Of a DNA stretch of 64,000 nt, positions 29,569-43,529 are shown one piece after another. The translations under genes were made by a program, and so were the position numbers. The DNA comes from Eledone cirrhosa (Eukaryota), in the NCBI GenBank assembly GCA_964016885.1, contig OZ024748.1:7068001-7132000 (forward strand). Direction: 5' to 3'. The notes beneath the pieces were generated by a model that was not told the origin of the DNA, ran no database searches, and was given only the letters and a program-made list of their open reading frames with translations. Position 1 is the stretch's first letter; each line of letters starts with the position of its first letter.

Positions 29569-30375
29569 GAGGTGGCCAAGATAGTAAATGAATGAGGGTT
29601 GGGTTAATACAGAAAAGGAGTGAGAGAATATTGAGGATGAGAGATAATGACAGAGAGGGAAAGGAGTGATTGTGTGTGTGAGAGTGAGAGAGGAAAAGAG
29701 ACAAACAATGTGTGTGAGAGAGAGAGAGACGGTGAGCGAGAGAGAGAGACTAGAAGAAAGTGATGCAGGGAGACGCCAAATGTAGAAAATAAGAGGCAAT
29801 GAAACGGATAGAGATTGGGTAAGAGAAAGAGAGAAAGATAGAGAGTTAATAGAAATGATTAGAAGGGGGGGGGGGGGTGATGGAGACCTGACAAGATGAT
29901 GGATCACGTGGGAAGTGATTAGAAAACACAAAGGTGAAGGTCAGAGGACACGTGACAAATTATTGAACACACTATGTCAGAGGGAGATAGAGGTAGGATA
30001 TCTATATCTATATATATATATGTCTTTACCTGTGTGTGTGTGGGGAGGGGGGGGGGGTCTGTGTGTGAATCCGTGTTTATCTGTGAATTTGTGTGTGTAT
30101 ATATGTCAGTGTGTATCTATGAACGTGAATGTGTATGTGTGTGTGTATGTGTATATGAAATGGAAATGTGATAGATTTACGACGGTAATAGCAGAAAATA
30201 GAAATTTGCCTTTGTGTAACTATAAATATGTATGTGTTTATGTGTGTCTGCCTGTCAGTATATATTCTTTCATGCATACTCACACGCTCACATTCATGAA
30301 TATGCACAAGGCCAGCAATTAATAATAATAATAAGTGTTTCTACTTTAGGCACAAGGCCAGCAATTACCCATTGC

Positions 30376-30465
30376 GAAGACTAAAATTGTTAGTTTCAGA
30401 AGATCCCGTTAAGGGGTGAAAGCAGCGATTCTTTGCTTAAACTTTAATCTGTTATTTTAATAAAT
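30376..30465. mobile_element. Family C fragment
   Basis: gaagactaaaat joined to ttagtttcagaagatcccgttaagggg...cttaaactttaatctgttattttaata. Confidence 0.65.
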
Positions 30466-30671
30466 ATATATATATATACTATATATATATATAAAGAATT
30501 TATATCTAGTAACATTTATATACATACAGATGCATATCAATGCTAGCAAATATATAGGTTTTTTTTATATATATTTACTCCATTCCAGAAACTAATTAGT
30601 TGGAAGTGATATTTTAGTAAGTAAGTCAATTTTATAATTTTTTTATAATTTTATAATTTTCTTATCTTACG

Positions 30672-30741
<70 letters not shown>

Positions 30742-31651
30742 CATACACGCAAAAGACAAGTTAGCTTGTTAACATGGTACACCCCCCACAGACGTGTCTT
30801 AAAGCAGACAAGGATATAGTAGTTATGTCCCCTGCTTCAATCCGCATCAGAGTACCGCTAGATGGTGTTCCAGAAATGAAACTACATTGATAGTCCCGTG
30901 TGATTGGAGATTTCCCCATTCGCCACATTCAGGCAGCGAGACACTATTTGTATGTTTATCCTTTGTACATAGGGCGCCACTCAGGCGTTTTCGCCTCACA
31001 CTTTGTTCTCAAAACACACACACACACAAAGCAAAACAGTACACGGACCACAGCTAACACCTTGCTAATATTTATTAGTCCCTATATTTCGGATATCCAA
31101 TCCATTGTCAAGGGTGCCGAAGATATTCTATACCTCTTTCTAAGCCAACTACGACACACTCACCCACTCTTTCTTCATATGTATATGTGTGTGTCTGTAA
31201 GTGTGTGTGTGTGTGAGTGAGTGTATGTGTTATAAATTGTTGACTGACTGGAGTTTCGTTTAGAACAGCCCAATTACTAAATAATGATGTAATGAGCATG
31301 AAACACCCAACGTCATATGCATCCTTTCAATTCTGATGTGCTACTCTGTGGTAGAGGTATAATAGTAATAACAATGTGAAGAGAAGATTCCCATAATTAC
31401 AACAAATTACACAATATAAAGAGTTATAGGAATCTTGCCTTCACATTTTTATCATTATCATATATAGTATTAATCAATCGATCTATCTACACAAGTCGAT
31501 ATATCTGTAAAATACCGATCAACATTAAATTCTGCACGGAATGACTTCGTTGTTTCAGAGAAGTAATTTAGTATTTATTCGATATTGGAAGGGGTTATGA
31601 ACCAATATCATCACAACATGTAAACCTCATACACGAATCAACAACAAATAT

Positions 31652-31889
31652 ACAGGAAAGTGGGATAACTCCGACATAAAACCTGTGGCTCAGTAGTTAC
31701 CGATGATGTTGATCTTTTCTTCTTTGCGGGTTATAGCTACTGTCACTCAGAGAGTGGCATTGGCTCAGTGCACAGTCTTTCCTCACTTTTAAAAAAATCT
31801 TCACGCACACGCATTGCACGATAGCGTTAATTAATAATGTTATATCGTGCAATGGCCATTCTCGATAACGAGGGGGCAGCCATCATCAT
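31652..31889 (+). mobile_element. 5'-truncated copy of the RTE-like non-autonomous element at 46987-47466
   Basis: Colinear with 47232-47466; ends ctcgataacgagggggcagccatcatcat. Confidence 0.75.
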
Positions 31890-32024
31890 ATATATATATA
31901 TATATATAGTGAAAGAGTGAAGAATAACATGGTCGGCTGTACAAAAAGGGTTTTATTTAAACTATCCATAGTACAGAGTACTCACAACCTCTAACTGGAT
32001 TACCTTAAACGATAACTTCTTATC

Positions 32025-32066
<42 letters not shown>

Positions 32067-32073
<7 letters not shown>

Positions 32074-32370
32074 GAAATCAAAAATGTAAATGGAGTCTTA
32101 TTTTTTAAAAAATATATATATTTATTTGGTTCCTTTACCGGTTTCGCAGTTCTTCTGCTTTTCAAAAAAACCACAGACCCTCCATCTCAACTCTACTTTT
32201 GAAAATCAGAAGAACTGCGAAACCGGTAAAGGAACCAAATAAATATATATATATATTTTTTTTAAATAAGACTCCAGTTGCATTTTTGATTTCATCTTTT
32301 TTTCTTTACACTTTCACTCGTGTAGGACACCTCGGTTATTTTCATTTTGTAAAAAAACCTCACTTTCTAA
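32067..32370. mobile_element. Fold-back PLE-like element with U3-A8 hammerhead variants
   Basis: 32067-32167 is inverted at 32197-32300, followed by a ~70-nt tail. Both arms contain TTGAAAA-(g/t)cag/ctgc-GAAACCGGTA. Confidence 0.85.
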
Positions 32371-32391
32371 TATATATATATATATATATAT

Positions 32392-32584
32392 AACGAAGGA
32401 AATGTGGTAAGGAACCAGGTGGACCATAACGCACCAAAGTACTCAATACTTAGGGTAGTAGAGTGGGTAATAGAAACAAGTAAGACCCCGACGGCTGAGC
32501 TCAAGCCGTTTCGACGGCTAATTCTGGACTGAATTAGCCGTCGAAACGGCTTGAGCTCAGCCATCGGGGTCTTACTTGTTCCTA
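32392..32584 (-). mobile_element. Family A fold-back element
   Basis: Tail plus arm at 32392-32529 and inverted arm at 32530-32584; (TA)n on both sides. Confidence 0.9.
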
Positions 32585-32670
32585 TATATATATATATATA
32601 TATATTTATTTACTGTCATTTCTATAATACGAAGAGGATGTTTAACTCCAACGCGCTCCAGTATTTTAAT

Positions 32671-32800
<130 letters not shown>

Positions 32801-32899
32801 GTGTTTGTAAATTTGTAGGAGTCGGAAGGAAATTGTGGGTTCTATGTAGGAGGGAAACAATAGATGGGTGTTGTGATTGTGTTATTGTGTCATTGTTAC

Positions 32900-33270
32900 A
32901 GTACAACGGAGGTAACCATGTGGAAAATAAAGCCAGTGGTGGAGATGGGGGTGTGGCCCTGCCGTGGAGGAGAGCGTATGGTGGTGGTGGTGGTGGTGGT
33001 AATGGCGGAGATGAAGGTGAGGCCGTGGGTGGGAGCCCATGGTGGTGGTGGAGGTGGTGAGGAAGGGGGCCTATGGTGGTAATGGTGGAGATGAGGGTGT
33101 GGCCCTGCCGTGGGGGAGAGCCTATGGTGGTGGAGATGAGGGTGAAACCATGGAAGGGAACCCATGATAGTGATGGTGGTGGTGGAGATGAAGGTGTGGC
33201 CGTGTCGTGGCGGGGCGACTATGGCGGTGGTGGTGGTGGTGGCAGGGTCATGATCGTGGAGTTCAGGGTA
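32900..33270. repeat. Degenerate G-rich tandem repeat
   Basis: Recurrent ggtggagatgagggtgtggccctgccgtgg units. Confidence 0.75.
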
Positions 33271-33357
33271 TAGTGGTGGTAATGTCGTCATCGTGGGGTA
33301 GAAGGTTTACTACTACTATGATTGCTGCTGCTGCTACTACTACTACTACTACTACTG

Positions 33358-33398
<41 letters not shown>

Positions 33399-33734
33399 AT
33401 TGGCTTCTCAAATCTTTAAGATGAATCTTTTTCTATATTTCGACGACATGTGAGTAAAGGGTGGCCGCTACGTTGAAAACGATGATGATGATGGTGATGT
33501 GATGGTGATGGTGATGGTGATGGTGTGATGATGATGATGATGGTGGTGATGATGAGGGTGGTGATGATGATGATGAGGGTGGTGATGATGGTGATGATGA
33601 TGATTAGGATGATGATGGTGGTATGATGAGGAGGGGGGGGGGGTGAGAAGGAGGAGGATAAAGATGATAGAGGGGAGGGCCGAGAGAACTGCATGTCTGT
33701 CAGTGACAGGTGACGTGGTGGTGGTGGTGGTGGT

Positions 33735-35240
33735 GTGAGCAGCGGTTATAGTGGTGGTGGTGGACCTGATAGTGTTGTTGTTGTTGGTGGTGGTGGTGGA
33801 GGTAGTGGAGGTGATTGCAGTGGTGGAGTTGGTGTGAGTAGTTGTGTTGATGCTAGTGGTTATAGTGGTGGTGGTGGTGGTGATAGTGTTGTTGTTGGTG
33901 GTGGTGGAGGTAGTGGAGGTGATTGTAGTGGTGGGGTTGGTGTGAGTAGTTGTGTTGATGCTAGTGGTTATAGTGGTGGTGGTGGTGGTGATAGTGTTGT
34001 TGTTGGTGGTGGCGGAGGTAGTGGAGGTGATTGCAGTGGTGGAGTTGGTGTGAGTAGTTGTGTTGATGCTAGTGGTTATAGTGGTGGTGGTGGTGGTGAT
34101 AGTGTTGTTGTTGGTGGTGGTGGCGGAGGTAGTGGAGGTGATTGTAGTGGTGGAGTTGGTGTGAGTAGTTGTATTGATGCTAGTGGTTATAGTGGTGGTG
34201 GTGGTGGTGATAGTGTTGTTGTTGGTGGTGGTGGCGGAGGTAGTGGAGGTGATTGTAGTGGTGGAGTTGGTGTGAGTAGTTGTGTTGATGCTAGTGGTTA
34301 TAGTGGTGGTGGTGGTGGTGATAGTGTTGTTGTTGGTGGTGTTGGCGGAGGTAGTGGAGGTGATTGTAGTGGTGGGGTTGGTGTGAGTAGTTGTGTTGAT
34401 GCTAGTGGTTATAGTGGTGGTGGTGGTGGTGATAGTGTTGTTGTTGGTGGTGTTGGCGGAGGTAGTGGAGGTGATTGTAGTGGTGGGGTTGGTGTGAGTA
34501 GTTGTGTTGATGCTAGTGGTTATAGTGGTGGTGGTGGTGGTGATAGTGTTGTTGTTGGTGGTGTTGGCGGAGGTAGTGGAGGTGATTGTAGTGGTGGGGT
34601 TGGTGTGAGTAGTTGTGTTGATGCTAGTGGTTATAGTGGTGGTGGTGGTGGTGATAGTGTTGTTGTTGGTGGTGTTGGCGGAGGTAGTGGAGGTGATTGT
34701 AGTGGTGGGGTTGGTGTGAGTAGTTGTGTTGATGCTAGTGGTTATAGTGGTGGTGGTGGTGGTGGTGATAGTGTTGTTGTTGGTGGTGTTGGCGGAGGTA
34801 GTGGAGGTGATTGTAGTGGTGGGGTTGGTGTGAGTAGTTGTGTTGATGCTAGTGGTTATAGTGGTGGTGGTGGTGGTGGTGATAGTGTTGTTGTTGGTGG
34901 TGGCGGAGGTAGTGGAGGTGATTGCAGTGGTGGGGTTGGTGTGAGTAGTTGTGTTGATGCTAGTGGTTATAGTGGTGGTGGTGGTGGTGGTGATAGTGTT
35001 GTTGTTGGTGGTGTTGGCGGAGGTAGTGGAGGTGATTGTAGTGGTGGGGTTGGTGTGAGTAGTTGTGTTGATGCTAGTGGTTATAGTGGTGGTGGTGGTG
35101 GTGATAGTGTTGTTGTTGGTGGTGTTGGCGGAGGTAGTGGAGGTGATTGTAGTGGTGGGGTTGGTGTGAGTAGTTGTGTTGATGCTAGTGGTTATAGTGG
35201 TGGTGGTGGTGGTGATAGTGTTGTTGTTGGTGGTGTTGGC
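33735..35240. repeat. ~108-114 bp GT-rich minisatellite, ~13.5 copies
   Basis: Unit gctagtggttatagt(ggt)n gatagtgttgttgttggtggtgttggcggaggtagtggaggtgattgtagtggtggggttggtgtgagtagttgtgttgat. Confidence 0.97.
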
Positions 35241-35913
35241 TGAGGTCTAGAGGCGATGTGGTGGCAAGCTGCGGGGTGGTGGTGTGGGCTAGGTCTAGAG
35301 GCGGTGTAGTGGCGGCTAGAAGCAGGTTGGGGGCCTGACTGCAATTAAGGAACAGCAATGGTTGGGTCAACAGCTTATTTGAATAACAAAGACATTGAGA
35401 GCGAGAGAGAGACAGAGGGGGAGAAAAAGAGGAAGAGAGAGAGAGAGAGGTGAAGGTATAGGAACGTGTCAGTTAAGAAGGGATGTGGTAACAGAGTAAG
35501 GTGAGAGGGGGAGAGAGGGACAGCGTGTAATAGAGAGAGAGTTAGAGAGAGAGTGAGTGAGAGAGAGTGTGTGAGAGAGAGAGAGTAAGTGAGAGTGGAA
35601 GAAAGTGAGAGTGCGAGAGAGTGAGTGGGAGAGAGTGAGTAAGAGTGAGCGAATGAGAAAGAGAGAGACTTGGTAAGTGACTAGACCCGAGACAAAAGGA
35701 AACTGAATTAGTTGTTACAAGCTGTCAACTTCTCTCCTCTCTGCCACTCCCTCTTTCTCTCTTACTCTTTCTCTCCCCCACCACTTTCTTTCTCTCTCTC
35801 TCTGGGTCCACCAATAGATGAGAAATGTAGACAGAAGGTAATATTAGAAAACCAGAGATTGGTTCATGGTGTTGATGGTGAAACAGAAACTAGTGAAGAC
35901 TTACAAGGCCGGC

Positions 35914-36783
35914 AGTTTTAGTAAAGAGAAAGACGACTATATGTTGTTGTTACAGCTCACACCTATACAGGTTTAGCTGGCCTCCTCCAAGGTATATCTC
36001 GTTGGAGGTGTCTTGGGTGATTTAATAATAGGGACCCCAGTCCTATCATCTCATTTTTACAGCTGAGTAAACTGGAGCAACGTGAAATAAAGTGTCTTGC
36101 TCAAGGAAACACTATAGAGACTATATAGAGACGATGTATTTGCTTTGTAAGGTTCTAGGTATGAAATTGCGTGTTGAAGTAGATATTGTTATATTTGGGG
36201 GAGGGTCAGGTTTTCCAAATATTGCCATTAAAAGGAGTCGTAGAATGGTAAGACAATGTCTCCTTGGTTCCTTCTTAAACATATACAAAGGACTCCGGTA
36301 TATTTTCTTCTATTATCACTGGGGTTATTATCTGGGTCTACATATTTACTCTAGGCCGCAATTCTTGTATCTTTTAAGTACTAACGTCTATATAATCGTT
36401 ATATTTGTGGGGGGTCATGTCCTAATTTTGCCAGATAAATATAGTAAAACACACTCACTTTTATATTTTTCTGGCAATATTTGGACAACATGACCCACCC
36501 CCAAATATAACAATATCTACTTCAACACACAATTTCATACCTAGAACCTTACAAAGCAAATACATCGTCTCTATATAGTCTATATAGTGTTTCCTTGAGC
36601 AAGACACTTTATTTCACGTTGCTCCAGTTTACTCAGCTGTAAAAATGAGATGATAGGACTGGGGTACCTATTATTAAATCACCCAAGACACCTCCAACGA
36701 GATATACCTTGGAGGAGGCCAGCTAAACCTGTATAGATGTGAGCTATAACAACAACATATAGTCGTCTTTCTCTTTACTGAAA

Positions 36784-36785
<2 letters not shown>
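35914..36785. repeat. Long inverted repeat with ~310-bp arms and ~245-bp spacer
   Basis: 35914-36227 is a near-identical reverse complement of 36472-36785. The arms include a SINE-core-like segment (gtgtttccttgagcaagacac...ctcagctgtaaaaatg). Confidence 0.95.
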
Positions 36786-36829
<44 letters not shown>

Positions 36830-36951
36830 TATGCATGTATGTGTGTCTTGCAACTTTTCTCCTAGTCCTCTCTTTCTTCTCATTCTGTGTTCTTCCAACT
36901 GTTCTTATGCTAATTTTCTCGTTGCCTTTGTTCTCGCTTATATATATATGC

Positions 36952-37013
<62 letters not shown>

Positions 37014-37548
37014 GCATATACAAATATTTATATATACATATCAGATATTTATATATAAATGCTTATGTATATATAATTAAACATACAGATATTCAAACGT
37101 TTATATAAATATATATATATGTGTGTGTGTGTATGTATGTGTGTGTGTGTGTGTGTGTGATTGTATATATGTAACCCTCTCTGTAAGAATATATGTGCAT
37201 ATATGTGTGTGTGTGATTGTATATATGTAACTGTGTCTGTAAGAATATATGTGTATATGTGTATCTGTTAGAAGTATTGTGGGTGGTCTGCTCTATAAAT
37301 CATATAGAGACGACAGATGTAAAGCAATTTAGAATGAGGAGGGAGGGCGAGGATGGTAAAAGGGAACATTATAAACTGGAACACTGAGTTAGAATGTATA
37401 ATGTGTGTATGAATGAGATGTATTGGTGGATAGATACAACCGTAGATAGTAAGACATGTATGTATTGATAGATAAACTAGCACACACACACACAAATATA
37501 TCCGAAGTCGCCTTCCTCACTCATTATCCATTAGGGTTTATATATTAA

Positions 37549-37746
37549 TAATTGTTTCTACTTTTGGCACAAGGCCAGCAAATATCCCAGTGCATTACTG
37601 GTATTTTATTTTATCGACCCCGTAAGGATGAAAGGCAAAGTTAACCTCGGCGGGATTTGAACTCAGACCGTAAAAATAACGTAACTATACTGGTAAGCAT
37701 GGCGTCCGACTCTCTACCGATACTGCCAACTGCCAAATTACCGCCA
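37549..37746 (-). mobile_element. Full-length tRNA-derived SINE with TSD
   Basis: Complete head, core and tail; tatattaataat is duplicated at 37541-37552 and 37751-37762. Confidence 0.92.
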
Positions 37747-38045
37747 TTTCTATATTAATAATCCGAACTTAATTCAGTATTGAGTGACTGAAGAAACGAC
37801 CGAAGCTGTATCAATTCTATTCGATACAGAGCTCTGTTACAGTCGACTTTTTTCCCGGTGTACGACCGTCCTGAGAATTTTGTGACAAACTCCAGGACAA
37901 TGGAACACTAGATCGGCTTTCGTTTTGTGTGTCTGTGTGTATAATAGATTGAAGGCACAATATTGAAATTTCAATGGAAATTACCATATGAAATTTCTGG
38001 AAAATTGTAATTCGGATCGAGGGGACGGCAAAAGGCCAGATGAAA

Positions 38046-38190
38046 TAATTGTTTCTACTTTTTGCACAAGACCAGCAATTACCCTAGTGCATCCGTAAGG
38101 ATGAAAGGCAAAGTTAACCTTGGTGGAATTTGAACTCAGAACGTAAAGGGCCATAACTCTATGCTGCAAAGCACAGCGTCCGGTCCTCTG
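38046..38190 (-). mobile_element. SINE with internal deletion
   Basis: Same family, lacking the gtcgataaaataaagtaccag segment. Confidence 0.85.
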
Positions 38191-38663
38191 ATGGAAATAA
38201 AGAGATGAGAAATAAAATACAATAAAATGGAGTGAAATTGGTGATAAATTGTGAAACAAATATAACCACGTGATGTGTGTGTGAAGAAAGATAGATGGAG
38301 TTGATGGATGGAATTAAAGGGGAGATGGGTGGTTGTGGGTTGGTTTACCAGAGGGAAGAACTTGGTGAAGCTATACAGTTCAGTGAGATATAATACTGGC
38401 TAGAGAGGTAGTACAGGCTGAGAGCTGGAGTGTGGAGGTAAGTGGTGGCTGGTTGGTGAAGCGTGGAATACAGAGGTGTAGAGTGAACGGGGTAAGGGGG
38501 GGGGGGAATTGTGGAGACTGAAGAGATTTATCCAGAGGAACATGATTGCTTGGAAGAGTCATTCTGGGTGTTTAAAATATCATTTATTTATCATACACAG
38601 AGATACACACACACACACACACACACACATACACTGGCTTAGCCATCCTTGCAGTGGATGGTG

Positions 38664-38718
<55 letters not shown>

Positions 38719-38813
38719 ATATATATATATATATATAATATATATATAATATATATATATATAATATATATATAATATATAATATATATATATATATAAT
38801 ATATATATATAAT

Positions 38814-38870
<57 letters not shown>

Positions 38871-38889
38871 ATATATATATATATAATAT

Positions 38890-38939
<50 letters not shown>

Positions 38940-39031
38940 ATATATATTATATATATATATTATATATATATATTATATATATATATAATATATATATATT
39001 ATATATATATATTATATATATATATAATATA

Positions 39032-39070
<39 letters not shown>

Positions 39071-39075
<5 letters not shown>

Positions 39076-39176
39076 ATGGAGACGGTAAAAGCCAGTTAGA
39101 CCATAACTCAGCAGAGTAATGGTCTAACTGGTAGAAACGGCCGGAGCTCAGCCGTCGGGGTCCCGAATTTTTCATA
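39071..39176. mobile_element. Family A-related element: reversed tail plus internal arm
   Basis: ccagttagaccataac segment joined to gaaacggccggagctcagccgtcggggtc...ttttcata. Confidence 0.7.
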
Positions 39177-39216
<40 letters not shown>

Positions 39217-39288
39217 TATAATTATTTATACGAACATACATATATGTGTACAGACGTACAATAGTATGTATATATACATACATACATG

Positions 39289-39322
<34 letters not shown>

Positions 39323-39469
39323 AATATGTGTGTGTGTACGTATGGGTTTACCGAACATTTATTATAATGTTCGGTTTGTTTGTAAACAAACAGCCCGAAT
39401 TACGCCGTACAGTGCTCGGTATCAGCCGAACTAAGAGTGAGAAATGAAATTTCGTTTCAATTTTTTTCC

Positions 39470-39511
<42 letters not shown>

Positions 39512-39547
39512 CCAGGGAGTGTAACGTGGAGTTATATATATATATAA

Positions 39548-39589
<42 letters not shown>

Positions 39590-39592
<3 letters not shown>

Positions 39593-40285
39593 CAAACAAT
39601 AATATTGATTTTATTTTGTCCTTGATAATAATCAGGTCAAATTTGATAACATCTCCAGCATCGATCACGTCTTTTTCCAATATTAAAAAGGTGGGCGGGG
39701 TGTAATTTGAGGGAGGGATGTTCAGCTGTGTTGGGATGTAATTTGAACGACGAGATTTCGGACAGCTTATACCAGTTAACCTCACTTAATATTATTGCCG
39801 GATTTATGGTGATACAGGGAATAGCCAGTCTGTTGTCAGTTGAAATCCTTATTAAGAAGATATCCTCGACAATTTGGAGCATAGCTACTAGATCTGTGAT
39901 GAATGATGGGGTGGTGGAGATAGGGATATCACATGTCTGCAACGAGGAAATATCACCACTTATAGATTTCTTGCTAGTTATGATACGCGGTAGATATAGC
40001 AAAGATTAGATCAGTCATCATGCTGCAGTTGTCCGAACGACTTAGTACTTCGTTACATCAGCACTTTAAGAAGGTCTCTCAGCAAATAATCCATATTTAA
40101 AGAAAGGATGGCTGTCATTAAATTCCGAGGACAACCGGAAGCAGTATTTAATCATATCCGGAGAGTTGAACTGTAAAGTCAATATCTGTGGACATGGACC
40201 GGCATTTCTATGGCAACTGTCAATATGCCCATAGTTCTTCCTAATTTTCTAGACACCATATACCAGGCTTTTCCCGCATCACACT
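39590..40285 (-). pseudogene. Decayed coding-like segment, possibly from a retroelement
   Basis: ~700 bp of complex sequence between microsatellites. One minus frame runs for >200 codons with few stops (…GHIDSCHRNAGPCPQILTLQFNS…LYLPRIITSKK…). No confident homology. Confidence 0.3.
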
Positions 40286-40339
40286 CTTTCACACACACAC
40301 ACAAGCACATATATATATAGTGTAACATCAACAATAATA

Positions 40340-40372
<33 letters not shown>

Positions 40373-40373
<1 letters not shown>

Positions 40374-40557
40374 ATCGTTTCTACTTTTGGCACAAGGCCA
40401 CCAATTACCCCAGTGTATTACTGGTACTTTATTTTATTGACTCCCATAAGGATGAAAGGCAAAGTTAACCTCGGCGGGATTTGATCTCAGAATGGCAAGG
40501 GCCGTAACTCTATGCGTCAAAGCATGGCGTCCGACCCTCTACCGATACTGCCAATCC
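40373..40557 (-). mobile_element. tRNA-derived SINE
   Basis: Near full-length match to 60577-60769. Confidence 0.9.
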
Positions 40558-40776
40558 ATTTGATATGGCCCATGTGTTTGCATCTGGAAGCCACTGGTAA
40601 TGCAGAAATAAGTAGAATAGTTAATATAAATACACTCACTCAACTTCCACATTAAGTGCTATCTGCACTTTCCTTTCCTGTGTACCTACCTACAATTGTA
40701 CACACACACACATCTCTCTCTCTCCCTCTCTCTCTCTCTCTCCATATATATATACATGTATATATATATATATATA

Positions 40777-40870
<94 letters not shown>

Positions 40871-40980
40871 GTTAAATAAGATAACATACACTCTGTATAA
40901 CTCTACATCTCAACCCTGAAGTGAACCTAAACATCGAGTGCTCACCCGGGTGAACCTACAGTAGCTCAAAGTGACATTCC

Positions 40981-41025
<45 letters not shown>

Positions 41026-41195
41026 TATATGTATATATATATACATATATATATGTATATATATGTATATATATATATATATATATAGTACTAAATCAAC
41101 AATAAGTAACAGTGAAGTCAAACACAAAGTCTAACTACAAACACTATTATTAGGTTCACTCGTATAAAATATAAGTGTTGTATATATATATATAT

Positions 41196-41351
<156 letters not shown>

Positions 41352-41428
41352 TATATACATATATATACACATATATATATATAATTATATATATATAATT
41401 ATATATATATATATATATACACACACAG

Positions 41429-41486
<58 letters not shown>

Positions 41487-41722
41487 GTATTGTGCTAATA
41501 TCATTAAATTTTACAATGATTGAATTACGCGAAATGGAGGCGTATTTAAGGAGTGGCTATACGACTGATGTGTAAACAAACAATAACAATTAGGTAAGGT
41601 AGACTTACACACTTTAAATGCGAGTATGTTAGTAGGTGGATTGTTATCGGGGGAAGATCCCTGTTTAATTAGGCAAGAGCAGCAGGTAAACAAACACTAC
41701 TGATAAATGGTGTATCCGGGAA

Positions 41723-41770
<48 letters not shown>

Positions 41771-41772
<2 letters not shown>

Positions 41773-41963
41773 AACCAGTAAGACCCCGACAGCTGAGCTC
41801 AAGCCGTTTCGACGGCTAATTCTGAGTCCAGAATTAGCCGTCGAAACGGCTTGAGCTCAGCTGTCGGGGTCTTACTGGTTCCTATTACCCACTCTACTAC
41901 CTCAAGTATTGAGTACTTTGGTGCGTTATGGTCCACCTGGTTCCTTACCACATTTCCTTCGTT
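41771..41963 (+). mobile_element. Family A fold-back element
   Basis: Inverted arm at 41771-41824, then direct arm plus tail at 41829-41963; (TA)n on both sides. Confidence 0.92.
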
Positions 41964-42084
41964 ATATATATATATATATATATATATACACTATATATAT
42001 ATATAAATAATATATAAACATATATACCTACATCATATAAATATATATAAATATATATAAACATGAATAAATATATATGCATAT

Positions 42085-42272
42085 ATTGAAAAAACAACAC
42101 AGTACCTTAGAAATATATATAATAAAACATATATTTTGATTATGTGAATGTCTTCATTTATTAATATTCTGAATAATATTAATAACTTCAGAAAACTTTT
42201 TTGTAGAGTGCTTTGAATCTATTGTAAAACTATATTCTTTGAGTAATCAATGAATCATATTAATCTTTGGTT
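42085..42272 (+). mobile_element. Family B 3' end with tail
   Basis: cagtacctt.gaaatatatataataaa.catatattttgattatgtgaat matches 11514-11595 and continues ~90 nt. Confidence 0.75.
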
Positions 42273-42458
42273 ATATATACATGTATATATATATATATAA
42301 ATAAATATATAAACATATATACATACATCATATAAATATATATATATATAACTGTGAATAAATATTTATACATATAGTAATAAACGAAAGATATATACTT
42401 TATATCATCTCTATTTATTTCATTATATATATTTTGAAGATGGAAAGTTTTATATATA

Positions 42459-42489
<31 letters not shown>

Positions 42490-42538
42490 AATATAAATAT
42501 ATATATAAATATATATAAATATATATATATATATAAAT

Positions 42539-42591
<53 letters not shown>

Positions 42592-42682
42592 AATATATAT
42601 ATATATAAATATATATATATATAAATATATATAAATATATATATATATAAATATATATATATATAAATATATATATATATAA

Positions 42683-42733
<51 letters not shown>

Positions 42734-42790
42734 TATATATATATAAATATATATAAATATATATATATATATAAATATATATATAAATAT

Positions 42791-42935
<145 letters not shown>

Positions 42936-42968
42936 AATATATATATATATAAATATATATATATATAA

Positions 42969-43005
<37 letters not shown>

Positions 43006-43529
43006 AATATATATATATAAATATATACATATATAAATATATATAAATATATATATATGTGTGTGTGTTTGTGTTTTTGCTGTTATTATCAAGATCATCA
43101 TATCACCCCACCCCCTCTCTTGAGTGGCGAGCTATGTTAGTGCAGTAAATCCTAATAATAAAACACAAGTGTGAATTTTATAAATGCTTTTACGACAGAT
43201 TTTATCAAATATCACATTTTAATACAAGATTAATTTCATACAAATATTCACATATACACAGAAGCATATATATATACTTATACATTCACACACATACACA
43301 TATTTACTCCGCTTACACTCACATGCAAACAGATATTCACCCACGTATATGCAAACTCATACACGCACATACATATATGCACCCTCCTCTTACACATACA
43401 TTTAAATATACATATTGGCACGTTATATACTTATATACCCCTGTGGAGTGCTTCCAATCTATAGTAAAACCCATTCTTTGATTTATTCATTGAACCTTGT
43501 TTAACCTTTAAATATAACGTTATATATAT

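Noticed and set aside
33735-35243. 502-aa Gly-rich ORF as a structural protein gene
   Set aside because: It has a non-ATG start, is wholly a triplet-based minisatellite, and has no signal peptide or non-repetitive domain.
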